Assembly (NCBI GenBank): GCA_963752475.1
Contig: CAVVYR010000004.1
Span: 160,001-224,000, forward strand
Direction of reading: 5' to 3'
Length of the DNA: 64,000 nucleotides
DNA from: an uncultured Chloroflexia bacterium
GTDB taxonomy: Bacteria > Chloroflexota > Limnocylindria > Limnocylindrales > CSP1-4
The notes beneath the pieces were generated by a model, which was not told where the DNA came from, ran no database searches, and worked only from the letters and a program-made list of their open reading frames with translations. Of the stretch, positions 1 through 10,405 are shown piece by piece. Position 1 is the stretch's first letter, and every line of letters starts with the position of its first letter. Both the position numbers and the translations under genes were made by a program.

Positions 1-2255
1 TGCCAGCGGTTGGGGTCGGTCATGACCGTGCCCGGCTCCTGCACGATCATCGGCTCGTTCACCGCGACGTAGTCGCGCGTGGTGTAGCCCTGCTGCTCCA
101 GCGCGCCGTCGTCCATGGTGGCCTCGATGACCGTGGCCGCGATGCGGTTGCCCAGCGTGGCCGGGGTCGCATCGTCGGCGGCCTCGATCTCCCACGGGTA
201 GCAGAGCTCGGCCATGAGCTGGTCGAACCGGCGCAGGGACTGCGCACCTCCGGCGCTGTCGCGGTAGCGGTGCGACAGGACGCGGTAGGCGGCGTAGCTG
301 ACGGCCTCGTCGCGCGCGGCCGCGACGTCGTCGGCGGTGGCCTTGCCGCCATAGAAGACACCATCGGCGGTCGAGTCGTAGGCGGCCCAGGCATCCCACA
401 TCGCAGCCGACGCGTGGTAGAGGTTGCGCGCGTGCACGGTGGGGGCCGGGAAGTCACGGCGGATGGCGTCGAGCAGGGCCTCGTCCCAGAGGCGGGCGAC
501 CGAGTGCTCGCGGTCAGCGCTCGGCACGCAGGTGGACGGGTCCACCGACGGGACCGGCGGCAGCTCGGGCCCGGCCTCGCTCTCGCGCACCAGGGGCAGC
601 GCACCGGTCATCTCGGTCGCGCTGGTCAGGGCCACCGGGCTCATCCCGCCACGCTCGATACGGATGCGCTGGTCGGCGCTGACCGGGGTCCACTCCCCAG
701 CCTCCCCATCGGGCCAGGTCACGCGCACCTCGGCCTGCTCGGCCGGGCCCAGGCCGAAGTGGGTCGGGCCCAGCTGGCCCGAGATGTGGCCGCCGCCCAC
801 GGTGACCTCGCGCCGCTGGATCCCGCCTTCGGCCTTGATCTCGATCCAGGCGCCGATCGCGTCGGCGTTCGGCCCTTCCTCGTGCAACTCGACGGCCAGC
901 CAGTGGCCCATCGGTGCGGGCTCGGTGGCGGTGCCCGCGCCGGCGTTGCGCCAGATGCGCACCGGCACCTCGCGGTTGACCTCGACGAGGTCAAGCAGGC
1001 CATCGAGGTTGAGGTCGGCCAGTGCCGCCCCGCGGGTCTTGTCGAAGTGGACGATACCGGCTTCGATGGCACCCTCCGTCCACGTGCCGTCGCCCTGTCC
1101 GATGAGCAGGTTGGACGGGTCGTCCGCGGCATGGTCGGGCATCTGCTCGACGTTGCCCTTGGCCACGTAGAGGTCGGGCACGCCGTCGTTGTTGACGTCG
1201 TCCCACTCCGCGTGCCAAGCGGTCGAGGGGAGGTCGATGTCGCCCGCGAACGGCTGCGGCGCATCAACGCCTGCGGAGTAGGCCATATCGCCGAAGGTCG
1301 GCTGGTGGGGATCGCCAGTCAGGCTGCGCAGGCGGTTGCCGGCCATGGTCGAGATGTAGTACTCGGGATAGCCGTCGTCGGTCACATCCTGGCCCGCGAT
1401 ACCCATGCCGAAGACCGAGAGATGCTCCCAGCCGTCGTCGCGCGTGAACGCGTTCGCGGGAGCCTCCGCGCCTACCTGCCAGAGCTGTTCCTCGCCCTCG
1501 CCCGGGCGGTAGTACTGGCGGTCGTTGGAGACGCGCAGGTCGCGCCGGCCACTGCGATCCCAGTCGCTGAAGAGCATCGAGAGCGTGCAGTGCCCGGGGA
1601 TGACCTCGGGCTCGCCGTAGCCGTCGCCCTGCGCGCGGTAGATGGCATTGGCGTCGCATTCGGGCGTCTGCCCGGCCTCGGTGATGGTCAGGTAGTCGCC
1701 CACGGCCAGGGTCGGGAAGCCCCCGCCCGGCTCCCACTTCGCGCTGAGCGCGGTCGACCAGTCGTCGTCGCCATCGAAGCCCCAGGCCTCGTTGGTCCGC
1801 TCGAAAGCGCACTCGCCGAGCCCGCGCAACAGGACGTTCTCGCCCCGGCGCAGCACGGCCAGGTCGGTGATCCCGTCGGCATCGACGTCGAGGGGGTAGG
1901 CGCCGGTGACCTCGGTCAGATCGGTCGTCTCGCTCGCGAGCTGCTCGAAGGCCAGCGGCCCACCGAGATCACTGCGGTTGCGATACAGCCCAGCCGGGTC
2001 GGCGCCGCCAGCGAAGTAGAGATCGGGCAGCTCGTCGTCGTCGCAGTCGAGGACGGCCACGCCGCCACCGGTGAAGAACTGCCAGGAGCCGGCATAGGTG
2101 TGATCGACACCGGTACCCGCCTCCTCCACGAAGAGCGGCACGGCCGGGGCGTCGGCCGGGGCGACCTGCTCTCCACCGCCGGTGGCCGCGACGGTGGAGG
2201 TGGCCATCGCCATGGTCAGGAGGGCCGCGATGGTGGCACGCACGGTCTCGGACAT
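1..2255 (-). CDS. Secreted ASPIC/UnbV (CRTAC1-like, FG-GAP repeat) protein fused to an N-terminal vanadium-haloperoxidase-like region; runs off the left edge
   Basis: Not in the ORF track because there is no stop in the window. Hand translation from ATG 2255 gives a signal peptide (MSETVRATIAALLTMAMA) and FG-GAP motifs (DCDDDELPDLY, DVNNDGVPDLY, ADLNLDGLLDL). It continues with ASPIC/UnbV (NADAIGAWI...GGGHISGQLGPTHFGLG...VTWPDG), then SVARLWDEALLDAIRRDFPAPTVHARNLYHASAAMWDAWAAYD...MTDPNRW. The start and left edge are in the same frame. Confidence 0.8.
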   Translation of the reverse strand, partial: MSETVRATIAALLTMAMATSTVAATGGGEQVAPADAPAVPLFVEEAGTGVDHTYAGSWQFFTGGGVAVLDCDDDELPDLYFAGGADPAGLYRNRSDLGGPLAFEQLASETTDLTEVTGAYPLDVDADGITDLAVLRRGENVLLRGLGECAFERTNEAWGFDGDDDWSTALSAKWEPGGGFPTLAVGDYLTITEAGQTPECDANAIYRAQGDGYGEPEVIPGHCTLSMLFSDWDRSGRRDLRVSNDRQYYRPGEGEEQLWQVGAEAPANAFTRDDGWEHLSVFGMGIAGQDVTDDGYPEYYISTMAGNRLRSLTGDPHQPTFGDMAYSAGVDAPQPFAGDIDLPSTAWHAEWDDVNNDGVPDLYVAKGNVEQMPDHAADDPSNLLIGQGDGTWTEGAIEAGIVHFDKTRGAALADLNLDGLLDLVEVNREVPVRIWRNAGAGTATEPAPMGHWLAVELHEEGPNADAIGAWIEIKAEGGIQRREVTVGGGHISGQLGPTHFGLGPAEQAEVRVTWPDGEAGEWTPVSADQRIRIERGGMSPVALTSATEMTGALPLVRESEAGPELPPVPSVDPSTCVPSADREHSVARLWDEALLDAIRRDFPAPTVHARNLYHASAAMWDAWAAYDSTADGVFYGGKATADDVAAARDEAVSYAAYRVLSHRYRDSAGGAQSLRRFDQLMAELCYPWEIEAADDATPATLGNRIAATVIEATMDDGALEQQGYTTRDYVAVNEPMIVQEPGTVMTDPNRW

Positions 2256-2325
2256 GGTCCCGCCAGTCTAGCGATGCTTGGTCGAGGCGGGCCGACTATC
2301 GGATGGCCCGGCGCCCATGCCTAGC

Positions 2326-3484
2326 TGTCCTTCCCGGGGTTAGTGAGACATCAGGTCATGCGGCCATCAACTCGGTCAGCCAGTCCTGGAGGTGCTGGAG
2401 CGCTGGCACGTGCTCGAAGCCACGATCGGTGAAGGGCGTGCCGTCGTAGCGCTCAGCGGGAGTCTGCCAGTCGAGTTCGCCGTGGAGCCGGTGATAGTCG
2501 TAGTAGACCGCGAAGCGCATCAGTCCCTCGTCCGCGGCCTCGGGCGTGGGGAACAGCTCGCGGTCGAGCAACTCCGCCTGGAGCACGCCCCAGAAGCGCT
2601 CGATCTTGCCGTTCGTCCAGGGCGAGTTGACCTGCGTTCGGACGTGGCGGATGCGCAGCTGCTCGAGGGTCTTGCCGAAGAGCGTCAATACCCCCGGCAT
2701 CCAGGTCGCGAAGGGGCTGCCGTTGTCGCTCATGACCTCGAGCGGGATGCCCACCAGCTCGAGGCACTCGTCGAACCAGGCGAGGATGGGCTCGGTGGCC
2801 GGCCGGGGCAGCACCCGCAGGCCGATGAGGTAGCGGCTGTGGTCGTCGACGAGCCCGACGATCCAGACCTTCGTGCGCTCGTGCTCCGACCGTCGGAGCC
2901 AGAAGGGACCCTTGATGTCGATGTGCCAGAGCTCGTCGGGCCGGGAGCGCTCGTACGCGGGGCCACGTGGGCGGTGGACCCCGGGCCGTGCGGCACCGTA
3001 CTCGCCGAGCAGCGTGTCTACCGCGTGGTGGCGCAAGGGGTAGATGCCCCGACGGGTGAACTCGGCGGCGAGGCGCTTGCTGTTCCAGTACGTCAGGAGG
3101 CGCACCACGATGACCGCCCGCTCGATCGGGGCCGGGAGCCGCTCCGGGACCGGACCGCGCCGTTCGTGGCGCAGGGCCTCGATGCCACCGTCCGCGTAGC
3201 GTCGTCGCCAGCGATGGAGGCTGGCTCGGCTGGCCCCGAGCGCGAGGGCCGCGGCGATGCCCTCGGTGAGGGCGGTCCGGACGCAGCGGATGCGGAACCG
3301 GAGGCCCTCGAGGTCCTCACGCTGCGGCGGTCCCGGCGGCCGTCCGCCGCTCGTGGCGAGGAAGAGGAACCCGGGTCCCTCCTGGTATCGGTTGCGAAGT
3401 GGACGACGGTGCCGGTCGGAGCGTGTCATCCGGCAACGCTAGATACCCCTGCGACCCGATGTCTCACTAACCCCGGGAACTACA
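2326..3484 (-). mobile_element. IS481-family insertion sequence
   Basis: 27-bp terminal inverted repeats: TGTCCTTCCCGGGGTTAGTGAGACATC (2326-2352) and the reverse complement of 3458-3484, 25/27 identical, with TGT...ACA ends. Flanks are CCTAGC and CCTAGG (NCTAGN target). Confidence 0.9.
2356..3429 (-). CDS. IS481-family DDE transposase (rve integrase core)
   Basis: HTH (SRASLHRWRRRY), WHIDIK, VDDHSR, SDNGSPF, PWTNGKIERF, TPAERY. Confidence 0.9.
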   Translation of the reverse strand: MTRSDRHRRPLRNRYQEGPGFLFLATSGGRPPGPPQREDLEGLRFRIRCVRTALTEGIAAALALGASRASLHRWRRRYADGGIEALRHERRGPVPERLPAPIERAVIVVRLLTYWNSKRLAAEFTRRGIYPLRHHAVDTLLGEYGAARPGVHRPRGPAYERSRPDELWHIDIKGPFWLRRSEHERTKVWIVGLVDDHSRYLIGLRVLPRPATEPILAWFDECLELVGIPLEVMSDNGSPFATWMPGVLTLFGKTLEQLRIRHVRTQVNSPWTNGKIERFWGVLQAELLDRELFPTPEAADEGLMRFAVYYDYHRLHGELDWQTPAERYDGTPFTDRGFEHVPALQHLQDWLTELMAA

Positions 3485-3489
3485 CCTAG

Positions 3490-5338
3490 GAGACTGGTGT
3501 GAAACCGGCCACTCACGGCCTGAGATAGTCCGGTGGATGGCCTCGCGCCGTGGTGACCGGACCTTCAGCGGGTCGGTCGGAACGGTCCGCCGTGGCCCGG
3601 CCGGGTCCCCGTGGCGATCAGGGCCGGCCTGGGCGGCCGCAGGGGGTAGCCCCCGGTCACCCGCTCCCCGTCATCGGTGCTCAGCCGGCCTGCGCGGTCT
3701 CGGTCGGTCCTGGACCGAGGACCCCGAGCACCGCGAGACGGGCCAGGTTGACCGCGGCCGCGAGCAGCGAGAAGTCGGCCGCCACCTTCGGTCGACCCCG
3801 CACCCGGGCGCGACGGCCACCGTGGTGACGACGCACGAGCTGGGCGATGCGACGCTCGACCTTGGGTCGGGTGGCCCGGTAGTCGGCCAGCCAGGCGGGA
3901 TCCCGGCGCGCGGCGCGGGCCCGGACGAGCGCGGCCTCGTAGGGTCCCACCGTGATGCTGCGTCCATCCTTCGCGGTCGTGCAGCGGGCGCGAGGGGACA
4001 GGCGGCACAGGCCGACCCGAAGCTGGCCTCGGCCGCCCGGCGGCGTCGGGCCCGCAGCGGGACGGTCAGCCCGGCCGGGCAGGTGACCGTGGCCGCCTCG
4101 CGGTCGATGGCGAAGTCATCCTTGCTGAAGCGGCCACCCAGGGCGACCGACGGCTGCACCTTGATGCGCGGCTCGGCCCCGGCGGTCTCGAGCGTCTCGA
4201 GCAGTGCGCCACTGCCGTAGCCGGCATCGCCGTAGACGACGGGTGGCACGCCGGGGCCGGGCTCGCGGGCTTCGAGCTCGGCCTCGAGCAGCTCGGGTGC
4301 GACCGCCGCATCGCCGCCGTTGCCCGGCGTCACGGCCGTCGCGGTCACGATCTCGCTGTCGGGGTCGATCGCGACGTGGCCCTTGTAGCCGTCGAAGCTG
4401 CGGGCCTGGGTCTTGTGCCCGTGGCGGGCATCGGGATCGACCGTGCTGACGATCCGGTCGGGCGCCACCCGCCGGGCGATGCGGAAGGTGCCCTCGCCGT
4501 CGGTCTCGAGGTCCTGGCCCAGCAGCGTCGCGAGCAGCGCGGCGGCCTCGGCGAGGGGCGCGTCGATGGCCTCGCCCTCGAGCGCGACGAGCAGCGCGCT
4601 GGCATCGGTCGCGACGCATCGATGAGGGCCTCGCGCGCTGCGGCGTCCTCCCAGTCGATGGCGGGCTTGCCGCCGCTTCGATAGTCGTCGTCACGCCCGA
4701 GGAGGGAACGGAGCTCGTCCTCGCGCTCGCCCGCGACCCGGAGCAGGCCGCGGATGCCCGAGCGCAGGAGCGTGACGGTGTCCATCGTGGCCACCGCGTC
4801 ATAGAGCGGCGTCGAGTCGAGCACCGGCGGCGACCACGAGGCCGGCCTCGCGGGCCGCGCCGAGGGCGACCTCGAAGATGCGCTCCGGATGTTCGGAACC
4901 CGCGAGGCGGGCACGCATGTCCACGAGCACGGTGTGGCTGAAGCCGGGATGGTCGAAGTCGAGCCCACCGCAGGCGTACTTCCAGCGTACGTCGAAGCTG
5001 AAGCGCTCGACAGCCTCACGGTCGGACAGGCCCTCGAGGCGCTGGAGCACCATCACCACGGCCACGATCATCGGTGGCACCGAGCGCCGCCCGACGTCGG
5101 TGAAGAGGTCCGCGAAGGCCTCGTCGGGGAAGAGTCGGTGGCACTCACGGTGCAGCAGGGCGTAGACCGAGTCGGGTGCGACCCGACCCTCGCAGTAGCT
5201 CGCACTGGAACGGAAGATGTCGGCCTGGGTGGGGCTGTGTCCGAGCGTCATGCCGCCAGATTCCCAGATCCCCGCTTCGATCGCCGACCGATCTCGCATC
5301 TCCAGGCGGTCAGGACGGCGGCACGAAAGACACAGCTC
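3490..5338 (-). mobile_element. IS1182-like insertion sequence
   Basis: Bounded by CTAG direct repeats (3486-3489, 5339-5342). The ends are imperfect inverted repeats (GAGACTGGTGT vs GAGCTGTGTCT). It encloses a transposase. Confidence 0.75.
3681..5251 (-). pseudogene. IS1182/IS5-type transposase with at least 3 frameshifts (real decay or sequencing indels)
   Basis: Pieces in different frames: GRRSVPP...LQRLEGLSDREAV...RWKYACG; LDSTPLYDAVAT; DRIVSTVDPDARHGHK...FDGYKGH; YGDAGY; YRATRPKVER. Confidence 0.8.
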
Positions 5339-6259
5339 CTAGGCCATGTCGATGGTCACGTCGTCGGCCACGCCGCCGAGCATGGTGTAGTCGGTGGGCG
5401 CCGTCTGCAGCAGTGAACCGGGCACGAACTCGCTGACCGGACCGTGGGCCACGAGGCGGGCGATGAAGCGCTGCCAGCTGACCCCGCCGCCGAGATCGCC
5501 GTCCAGCCAGAACGAGCGTCGGGCCGCGCCGAGGATCTCGGCGGGGCCGATGGTGGCAGCCTTGGGCGGCACGTTGGACCAGTCGCCGCCGAATGAGTGC
5601 AGCGCATTCTGCATGATGGTCATGGGGTTGAGCTCCACGATCCGCGGACCGGCAGCCTTGTAGGCCTCGAGGTCACCACCAAACTCGTGGCCAAGGTGTG
5701 ACTCCCAGAAGGCGATGTGGCCACACCAGCCGATGCCGCCATAGCAGGTGTCGGCGCCACCAAGCTCCGCGATCGCCTCTCCGTACCCTTCGATGGTCTC
5801 GGTGGAGGGGAAGTGGATCTGACCTTCGGGCGGACGAAGCTCGGCGTCGATACGGTCCCAGAAGACCTCGTACATCGCGCGCTTGAAGGAGCCCTCCCAG
5901 GTGACCGGGGCGGTGTTGCCCTCCTCGTCCGCGTACTCGTCCATGTTGAAGGTGTGGACGTGGTCCATGGTCAGGCCGCGCTCGTTGATCATGGCCACGG
6001 CCTTGGTGAACTGCGGTACGGGGCCCACCGGCAGGATGAGCACGCAGCGGCGGCCCTCCTCGCGGGTGGTCTCGATGCGCGCGACGATGTCATTGGCGAA
6101 GGCCGTGTAGAAGGCGTCCACGTCGTCCTCGACCCGGATGCGGAACTCGGGGTTGGGATGCTGCGTGATCTCCGCGCGCGTGATGGCGCGAACTCGCGCG
6201 AGCTCGGCCCGGTCACGGAACTCGATGAAGTTGGCGAGGTTGTAGGTGAACGTGCTCAT
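5339..6259 (-). CDS. Glucosamine-6-phosphate deaminase/isomerase (NagB)-like protein
   Basis: LPVGP, HTFNMDEY, GGIGWCGHIAFWE, GPVSEFVPGSLLQ; probable start MSTFTY at 6259. Confidence 0.75.
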   Translation of the reverse strand: MSTFTYNLANFIEFRDRAELARVRAITRAEITQHPNPEFRIRVEDDVDAFYTAFANDIVARIETTREEGRRCVLILPVGPVPQFTKAVAMINERGLTMDHVHTFNMDEYADEEGNTAPVTWEGSFKRAMYEVFWDRIDAELRPPEGQIHFPSTETIEGYGEAIAELGGADTCYGGIGWCGHIAFWESHLGHEFGGDLEAYKAAGPRIVELNPMTIMQNALHSFGGDWSNVPPKAATIGPAEILGAARRSFWLDGDLGGGVSWQRFIARLVAHGPVSEFVPGSLLQTAPTDYTMLGGVADDVTIDMA

Positions 6260-6581
6260 GTCCGGCCAGGACGCCGAAGGTGCGGCTCTGAACCGCATCG
6301 CCAAGGGCACGCAGACTCAGACCGTCTGGGTCGACGCACGCGTCCTGGGCGAGGCTGCCGCCAACGTGGCCGTGGCCCTGGCCGGTGGCGCGGCCCTCGA
6401 CGAGATCGAAGGCTCAGCCATCTTCTCCGATGGCCCCAACGGTGTGGACATGAACTCCGTGCTGCTGACGCCGGTCTCGGTCACCCAGGACAACCTCGGC
6501 GAACTGGTCGAGGCTGGCTGGATCACCGAGGAGGAACTGTGCGCGGGCGTGGAGGCCGGCTCGATCGCCGCTTGCCCGTAG
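6258..6581 (+). pseudogene. Orphan C-terminal third of a XylF-like sugar-binding protein
   Basis: SGQDAEGAALNRIAKGTQTQTVW...[16 protein letters not shown] aligns with the C-terminus of 6929..7981; the N-terminal part is absent. Confidence 0.85.
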
Positions 6582-6600
6582 TCGATATCCGGTAGCCGCA

Positions 6601-6640
6601 CGAACGCCCCGCCACGGCCAGAACCGTGGTGGGGCGTTCG
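6601..6640 (+). terminator. Stem-loop after the xylF fragment
   Basis: CGAACGCCCCGCCACGG-6 nt-CCGTGGTGGGGCGTTCG. Confidence 0.65.
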
Positions 6641-6770
6641 CATTCCCGGCGCGAGGAGCCCTGACAGATCCGAGCAAGGCTGGAGACCGTGGAGCTGCAG
6701 GGTCTCGGGCTGCCCATGCGCTCGACCTGATGTAATCGTTTGCTGCCAAGTCCGCAGCCGGATCCGCTCC

Positions 6771-6784
6771 TGTAAGCGGTTTCA
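6771..6784. promoter_or_regulatory. LacI/cre-type operator
   Basis: TGTAAGCGGTTTCA fits TGWNANCGNTNWCA; a weaker copy TGTAATCGTTTGCT lies at 6731. Confidence 0.55.
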
Positions 6785-6803
6785 GATTCTTGGCTCCAGC
6801 TAT

Positions 6804-6832
6804 TTGACAGGTGCGCCACGGCGTGCGGTAAT
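6804..6832 (+). promoter_or_regulatory. Putative sigma70 promoter of the sugar ABC operon
   Basis: TTGACA, 17-nt spacer, then TGn-GGTAAT. Confidence 0.45.
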
Positions 6833-6928
6833 CCCTCTGCGAAAGGAACGACATCGTTCCGCGCGGGGGACAGCCTTGTTCCCGAAAGAAGGAACGTCCC
6901 CCCGTTCCACATAGGAGGAGGACCGCGA

Positions 6929-7981
6929 ATGCGGAATGCCAAGATTGGCGTAGTTGGCGCGCTTGCCCTGTCCCTGACTGCCGCCTCGTTCGGCGCAGCT
7001 CTCGCGCAGGACGATGAGGTCGTCGTCGGTGTGTCCTGGAACAACTTCCAGGAGGAGCGCTGGGCGCTGCGTGACGAGCCGGCGATCAAGGCCGTGCTCG
7101 ACGAGGCCGGGGCCCAGTACATCTCGACCGACGCCGCGTCGTCCGCCGAGAAGCAGGTCTCCGACATCGAACAGCTCATCACGCAGGGTGCTGACGCTCT
7201 CATTATCCTGGCCCAGGACAACGAGGCGATTCTGCCCGCAGTGCAGGATGCGCTCGACCAGGGCATCCCCGTGGTCGCCTACGACCGCCTCTTCGAGACG
7301 GAGGCCGATGGCGCCTACTACGTCACGTTCGACAACGTCGAGGTCGGCCGCATGCAGGCGCGTGCGATCCTCGAGGCGATGCCGGCTGGCAACTACGTCT
7401 TCATCAAGGGCAACTCGGCTGACCCCAACGCAGACTTCCTGCGCGGCGGCCAGCAGGAAGTCCTGCAGGAGGCCATCGACGCTGGCGACATCGTCAACGT
7501 CGGCGAGCAGTACACCGACAACTGGGATCCGGCTGTTGCCCAGCGCAACATGGAGCAGATCCTGACCGACAACGACAACATGGTCGACGCGGTCGTGGCT
7601 TCGAACGACGGTACCGCCGGTGGTTCGATCGCAGCCCTCGCCGCCCAGGGTCTTGACGGTGTGGTTCCGGTCTCCGGCCAGGACGCTGAGAACGCGGCCC
7701 TGAACCGTGTGGCGCTCGGCACCCAGACCGTCACGGTCTGGAAGGACGCCCGCGAGCTGGGCAAGGCTGCAGCTGAGCTGGCCCTGCAGGCTGTCGACGG
7801 CATGGTCGAAGGCACCACCGAGTTCGCTGATGGTCCCAAGGGCATCGCCATGGAAGCGATCCTCCTGGCCCCGACCCCGATCCAGCAGGACAACCTGCAG
7901 CTCGTGGTCGACGCCGGCTGGATCAGCCAGGAAGAGCTGTGCGCAGGCGTGGAGGCCGGCACGGTCGAGGCCTGCGGCTAG
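6929..7981 (+). CDS. xylF: Xylose-type sugar ABC transporter substrate-binding protein
   Basis: Signal peptide, [37 protein letters not shown]; AGGAGG RBS. Confidence 0.85.
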   Translation: MRNAKIGVVGALALSLTAASFGAALAQDDEVVVGVSWNNFQEERWALRDEPAIKAVLDEAGAQYISTDAASSAEKQVSDIEQLITQGADALIILAQDNEAILPAVQDALDQGIPVVAYDRLFETEADGAYYVTFDNVEVGRMQARAILEAMPAGNYVFIKGNSADPNADFLRGGQQEVLQEAIDAGDIVNVGEQYTDNWDPAVAQRNMEQILTDNDNMVDAVVASNDGTAGGSIAALAAQGLDGVVPVSGQDAENAALNRVALGTQTVTVWKDARELGKAAAELALQAVDGMVEGTTEFADGPKGIAMEAILLAPTPIQQDNLQLVVDAGWISQEELCAGVEAGTVEACG

Positions 7982-8003
7982 TCCTAGCTCACTCGTAACC
8001 GTC

Positions 8004-8041
8004 ACGCGCCCTGTGCAGGCAGCGAGCCTCACAGGGCGCGT
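8004..8041 (+). terminator. Intercistronic stem-loop after the binding-protein gene
   Basis: ACGCGCCCTGTG...CACAGGGCGCGT. Confidence 0.55.
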
Positions 8042-8092
8042 ACTCTATTCCGGTCCGCGACATGACCACCATCGGAGCTGGGGAGAACCCGA

Positions 8093-9505
8093 ATGAGTGA
8101 CACGCCGGCGACCCCTGCCGAGAAGACACCGGCAGCAGGTGGGCCGCAGCCAGGCGGCGGCACCTTCAATGAGTTCAAGCGCGCCGGCGGTGCGCTCTAC
8201 CGCGCCACCGAGGTGGATGGCCGACTGCTCGGCCTGATGATCGCGCTGGCCGTCGCCTGGATCATGTTCGACATCCTGTCCAGGATCTACGGACAGGGCG
8301 GCGACTCCATCTTCGGCGGCAGCTTCCTGACGCCGCGCAACCTCTTCAACCTGTCGGTCCAGACCGCCTCGGTCGCGGTCATGGCCACCGGCATGGTGCT
8401 CATCATCGTGTCGCGCAACATCGACCTCTCGGTCGGCTCCATGCTCGGCTTCCTGGCCATGGTCATGGCCATCGTGCAGAAGGAGATCCTGCCCGACTTC
8501 ATCGGGTTCGACAATCAGTTCACCTGGCTCATCGCGCTGGCCGTCGGCATCACCATGGGCGCACTCATCGGAGGCGGCCAAGGCTTCCTCATCGCCTTCC
8601 TGGGGATTCCGGCCTTCATCGTGACCCTGGGCGGCATGCTCGTCTGGCGTGGTGGAGCATTCCTGCTTGCGAGCGGACGGACGATCGCGCCGCTCGACGA
8701 GAACTTCAGCCGCATCGGTGGTGGCACGGAAGGTGCGCTGGGCTTGCTCGGGATGGACCTGGGCATCGGCTCTTCGACCTTGAGCTGGATCCTGGGCTTC
8801 CTCGTGGTCGGCGGCCTCGTCGTCCTCGTGGTCATGGCTCGCCGGCGCCGGCAGGCCTTCGACTTCCCCACCCGTCCGAGGTGGGCAGAGGCCCTCATCA
8901 TCGGTATCGGCACCGTGCTCGTGCTGGGTGGGGTCTGGGTCGTCAACAGCTACAACTGGCCCATCCGCGTGGCCCAGCGCTACGCTGAGGCCAACGGCAT
9001 CGAGATCCCCGAGGGCGGGCTGATCCTCTCGACCGGCATCGCCTACCCGGTGCTCATCATGATCGCGGTCGCCGCGGTCATGACCTGGATCGCACGTCGC
9101 CGCCAGTTCGGCCGCTACGTGTACGCCATCGGCGGGAACCCTGAAGCAGCTGAGCTCTCAGGCATCAACGTGCGCCGCACGCTGATGCTGACGTTCGCGC
9201 TCATGGGTGTGCTGGTGGCCATCAGCGCCGCTATCACCTCGGGTCGCCTGGACGCGGCCACGAATGCGCTGGGGCAGTGGAACGAGCTCTTCGTCATCGC
9301 TGCGGCCGTCATCGGTGGCACCTCGTTCGCCGGCGGCATCGGCACCATCCCAGGCGCCATCCTGGGCGCACTCTTCATGCAGACCCTGCAATCGGGCATG
9401 GTGCTCATCGGCTTTGACACGGCCCAGCAGAACATCGTCGTCGGCATCGTCCTGGTGATCGCCGTCGGCATCGATACCGCCTATCGCAGGAGGGCATCCA
9501 CATGA
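8093..9505 (+). CDS. xylH: Sugar ABC transporter permease (XylH type)
   Basis: [42 protein letters not shown]. Confidence 0.85.
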   Translation: MSDTPATPAEKTPAAGGPQPGGGTFNEFKRAGGALYRATEVDGRLLGLMIALAVAWIMFDILSRIYGQGGDSIFGGSFLTPRNLFNLSVQTASVAVMATGMVLIIVSRNIDLSVGSMLGFLAMVMAIVQKEILPDFIGFDNQFTWLIALAVGITMGALIGGGQGFLIAFLGIPAFIVTLGGMLVWRGGAFLLASGRTIAPLDENFSRIGGGTEGALGLLGMDLGIGSSTLSWILGFLVVGGLVVLVVMARRRRQAFDFPTRPRWAEALIIGIGTVLVLGGVWVVNSYNWPIRVAQRYAEANGIEIPEGGLILSTGIAYPVLIMIAVAAVMTWIARRRQFGRYVYAIGGNPEAAELSGINVRRTLMLTFALMGVLVAISAAITSGRLDAATNALGQWNELFVIAAAVIGGTSFAGGIGTIPGAILGALFMQTLQSGMVLIGFDTAQQNIVVGIVLVIAVGIDTAYRRRAST

Positions 9506-10365
9506 CCGCCGAAGAGACCGCCATGGCGGCTGCTCCCGAGCCCACACCCGAGCCCGAGGCAGAGCCTGAGACCCGAGCCCGCATCTCCACGAGCGGAACG
9601 CCGCTCGTGGAGATGCGCAAGATCAGGGTCTCCTTCGGCGGCGTCCACGCTGTCGACGACGTGACCATCGACCTCTACCCGGGCGAGGTCATGGGCCTCG
9701 TGGGAGGCAACGGTGCCGGCAAGTCGACGCTGATGAAGTGCCTGTCGGGCGCGCGCCCACCCGATTCGGGGTCGATCCTCGTGGACGGCCAGAAGGCGGA
9801 GATCAACAACCCGCGGCAGGCCAAGAAGTACAACATCGAGACCATCTACCAGACGCTGGCCCTGGCCGACAACCAAGACGCGCCGGCGAACATGTTCCTG
9901 GGCCGCGAGCTCAAGACGCGACTGGGCAATCTCGACGACGCGTCGATGGAGTCCGCTACGCGCGAGGTCATCGCCCGTCTGAACCCCAACTTCCAGAACT
10001 TCAAGTCACCGGTGAAGTCCCTGTCCGGCGGCCAGCGCCAAGCGGTCGCCATCGCGCGCGCCGTGCACTTCAACGCCAGGATCCTGATCATGGACGAGCC
10101 GACCGCAGCGCTTGGTCCGGCGGAGACGGCCCAGGTGCGCGACCTCATCAAGCAGCTCGAGAAGGAAGGCATCGGTATCTTCCTCATCAGCCACGACATC
10201 CATGACGTGTTCGACTTGTCGCATCGCATCGCGGTCATGTACCACGGCCGGATCGTGGGCATCGTCAACCGCGATGACGTCACGCCCGACGATGTCCTGG
10301 GCATGATCATCATGGGCAAGTCGCTCGAGGAAGTCACCGAGGAGGAGCGGGCCACGCTGCACTAG
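9502..10365 (+). CDS. Sugar ABC transporter ATP-binding protein (single domain)
   Basis: [22 protein letters not shown]. Confidence 0.9.
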   Translation: MTAEETAMAAAPEPTPEPEAEPETRARISTSGTPLVEMRKIRVSFGGVHAVDDVTIDLYPGEVMGLVGGNGAGKSTLMKCLSGARPPDSGSILVDGQKAEINNPRQAKKYNIETIYQTLALADNQDAPANMFLGRELKTRLGNLDDASMESATREVIARLNPNFQNFKSPVKSLSGGQRQAVAIARAVHFNARILIMDEPTAALGPAETAQVRDLIKQLEKEGIGIFLISHDIHDVFDLSHRIAVMYHGRIVGIVNRDDVTPDDVLGMIIMGKSLEEVTEEERATLH

Positions 10366-10405
10366 CCGGCTGACACGGCAGGCTCGGTCCAGCGCGGCAA
10401 GTGCC

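Noticed and set aside
270-2324. Long antisense ORFs (also 14994..17240, 30909..33527, 60390..62747 and others)
   Set aside because: Shadow ORFs opposite real genes, expected from high-GC codon bias, with no recognisable motifs.
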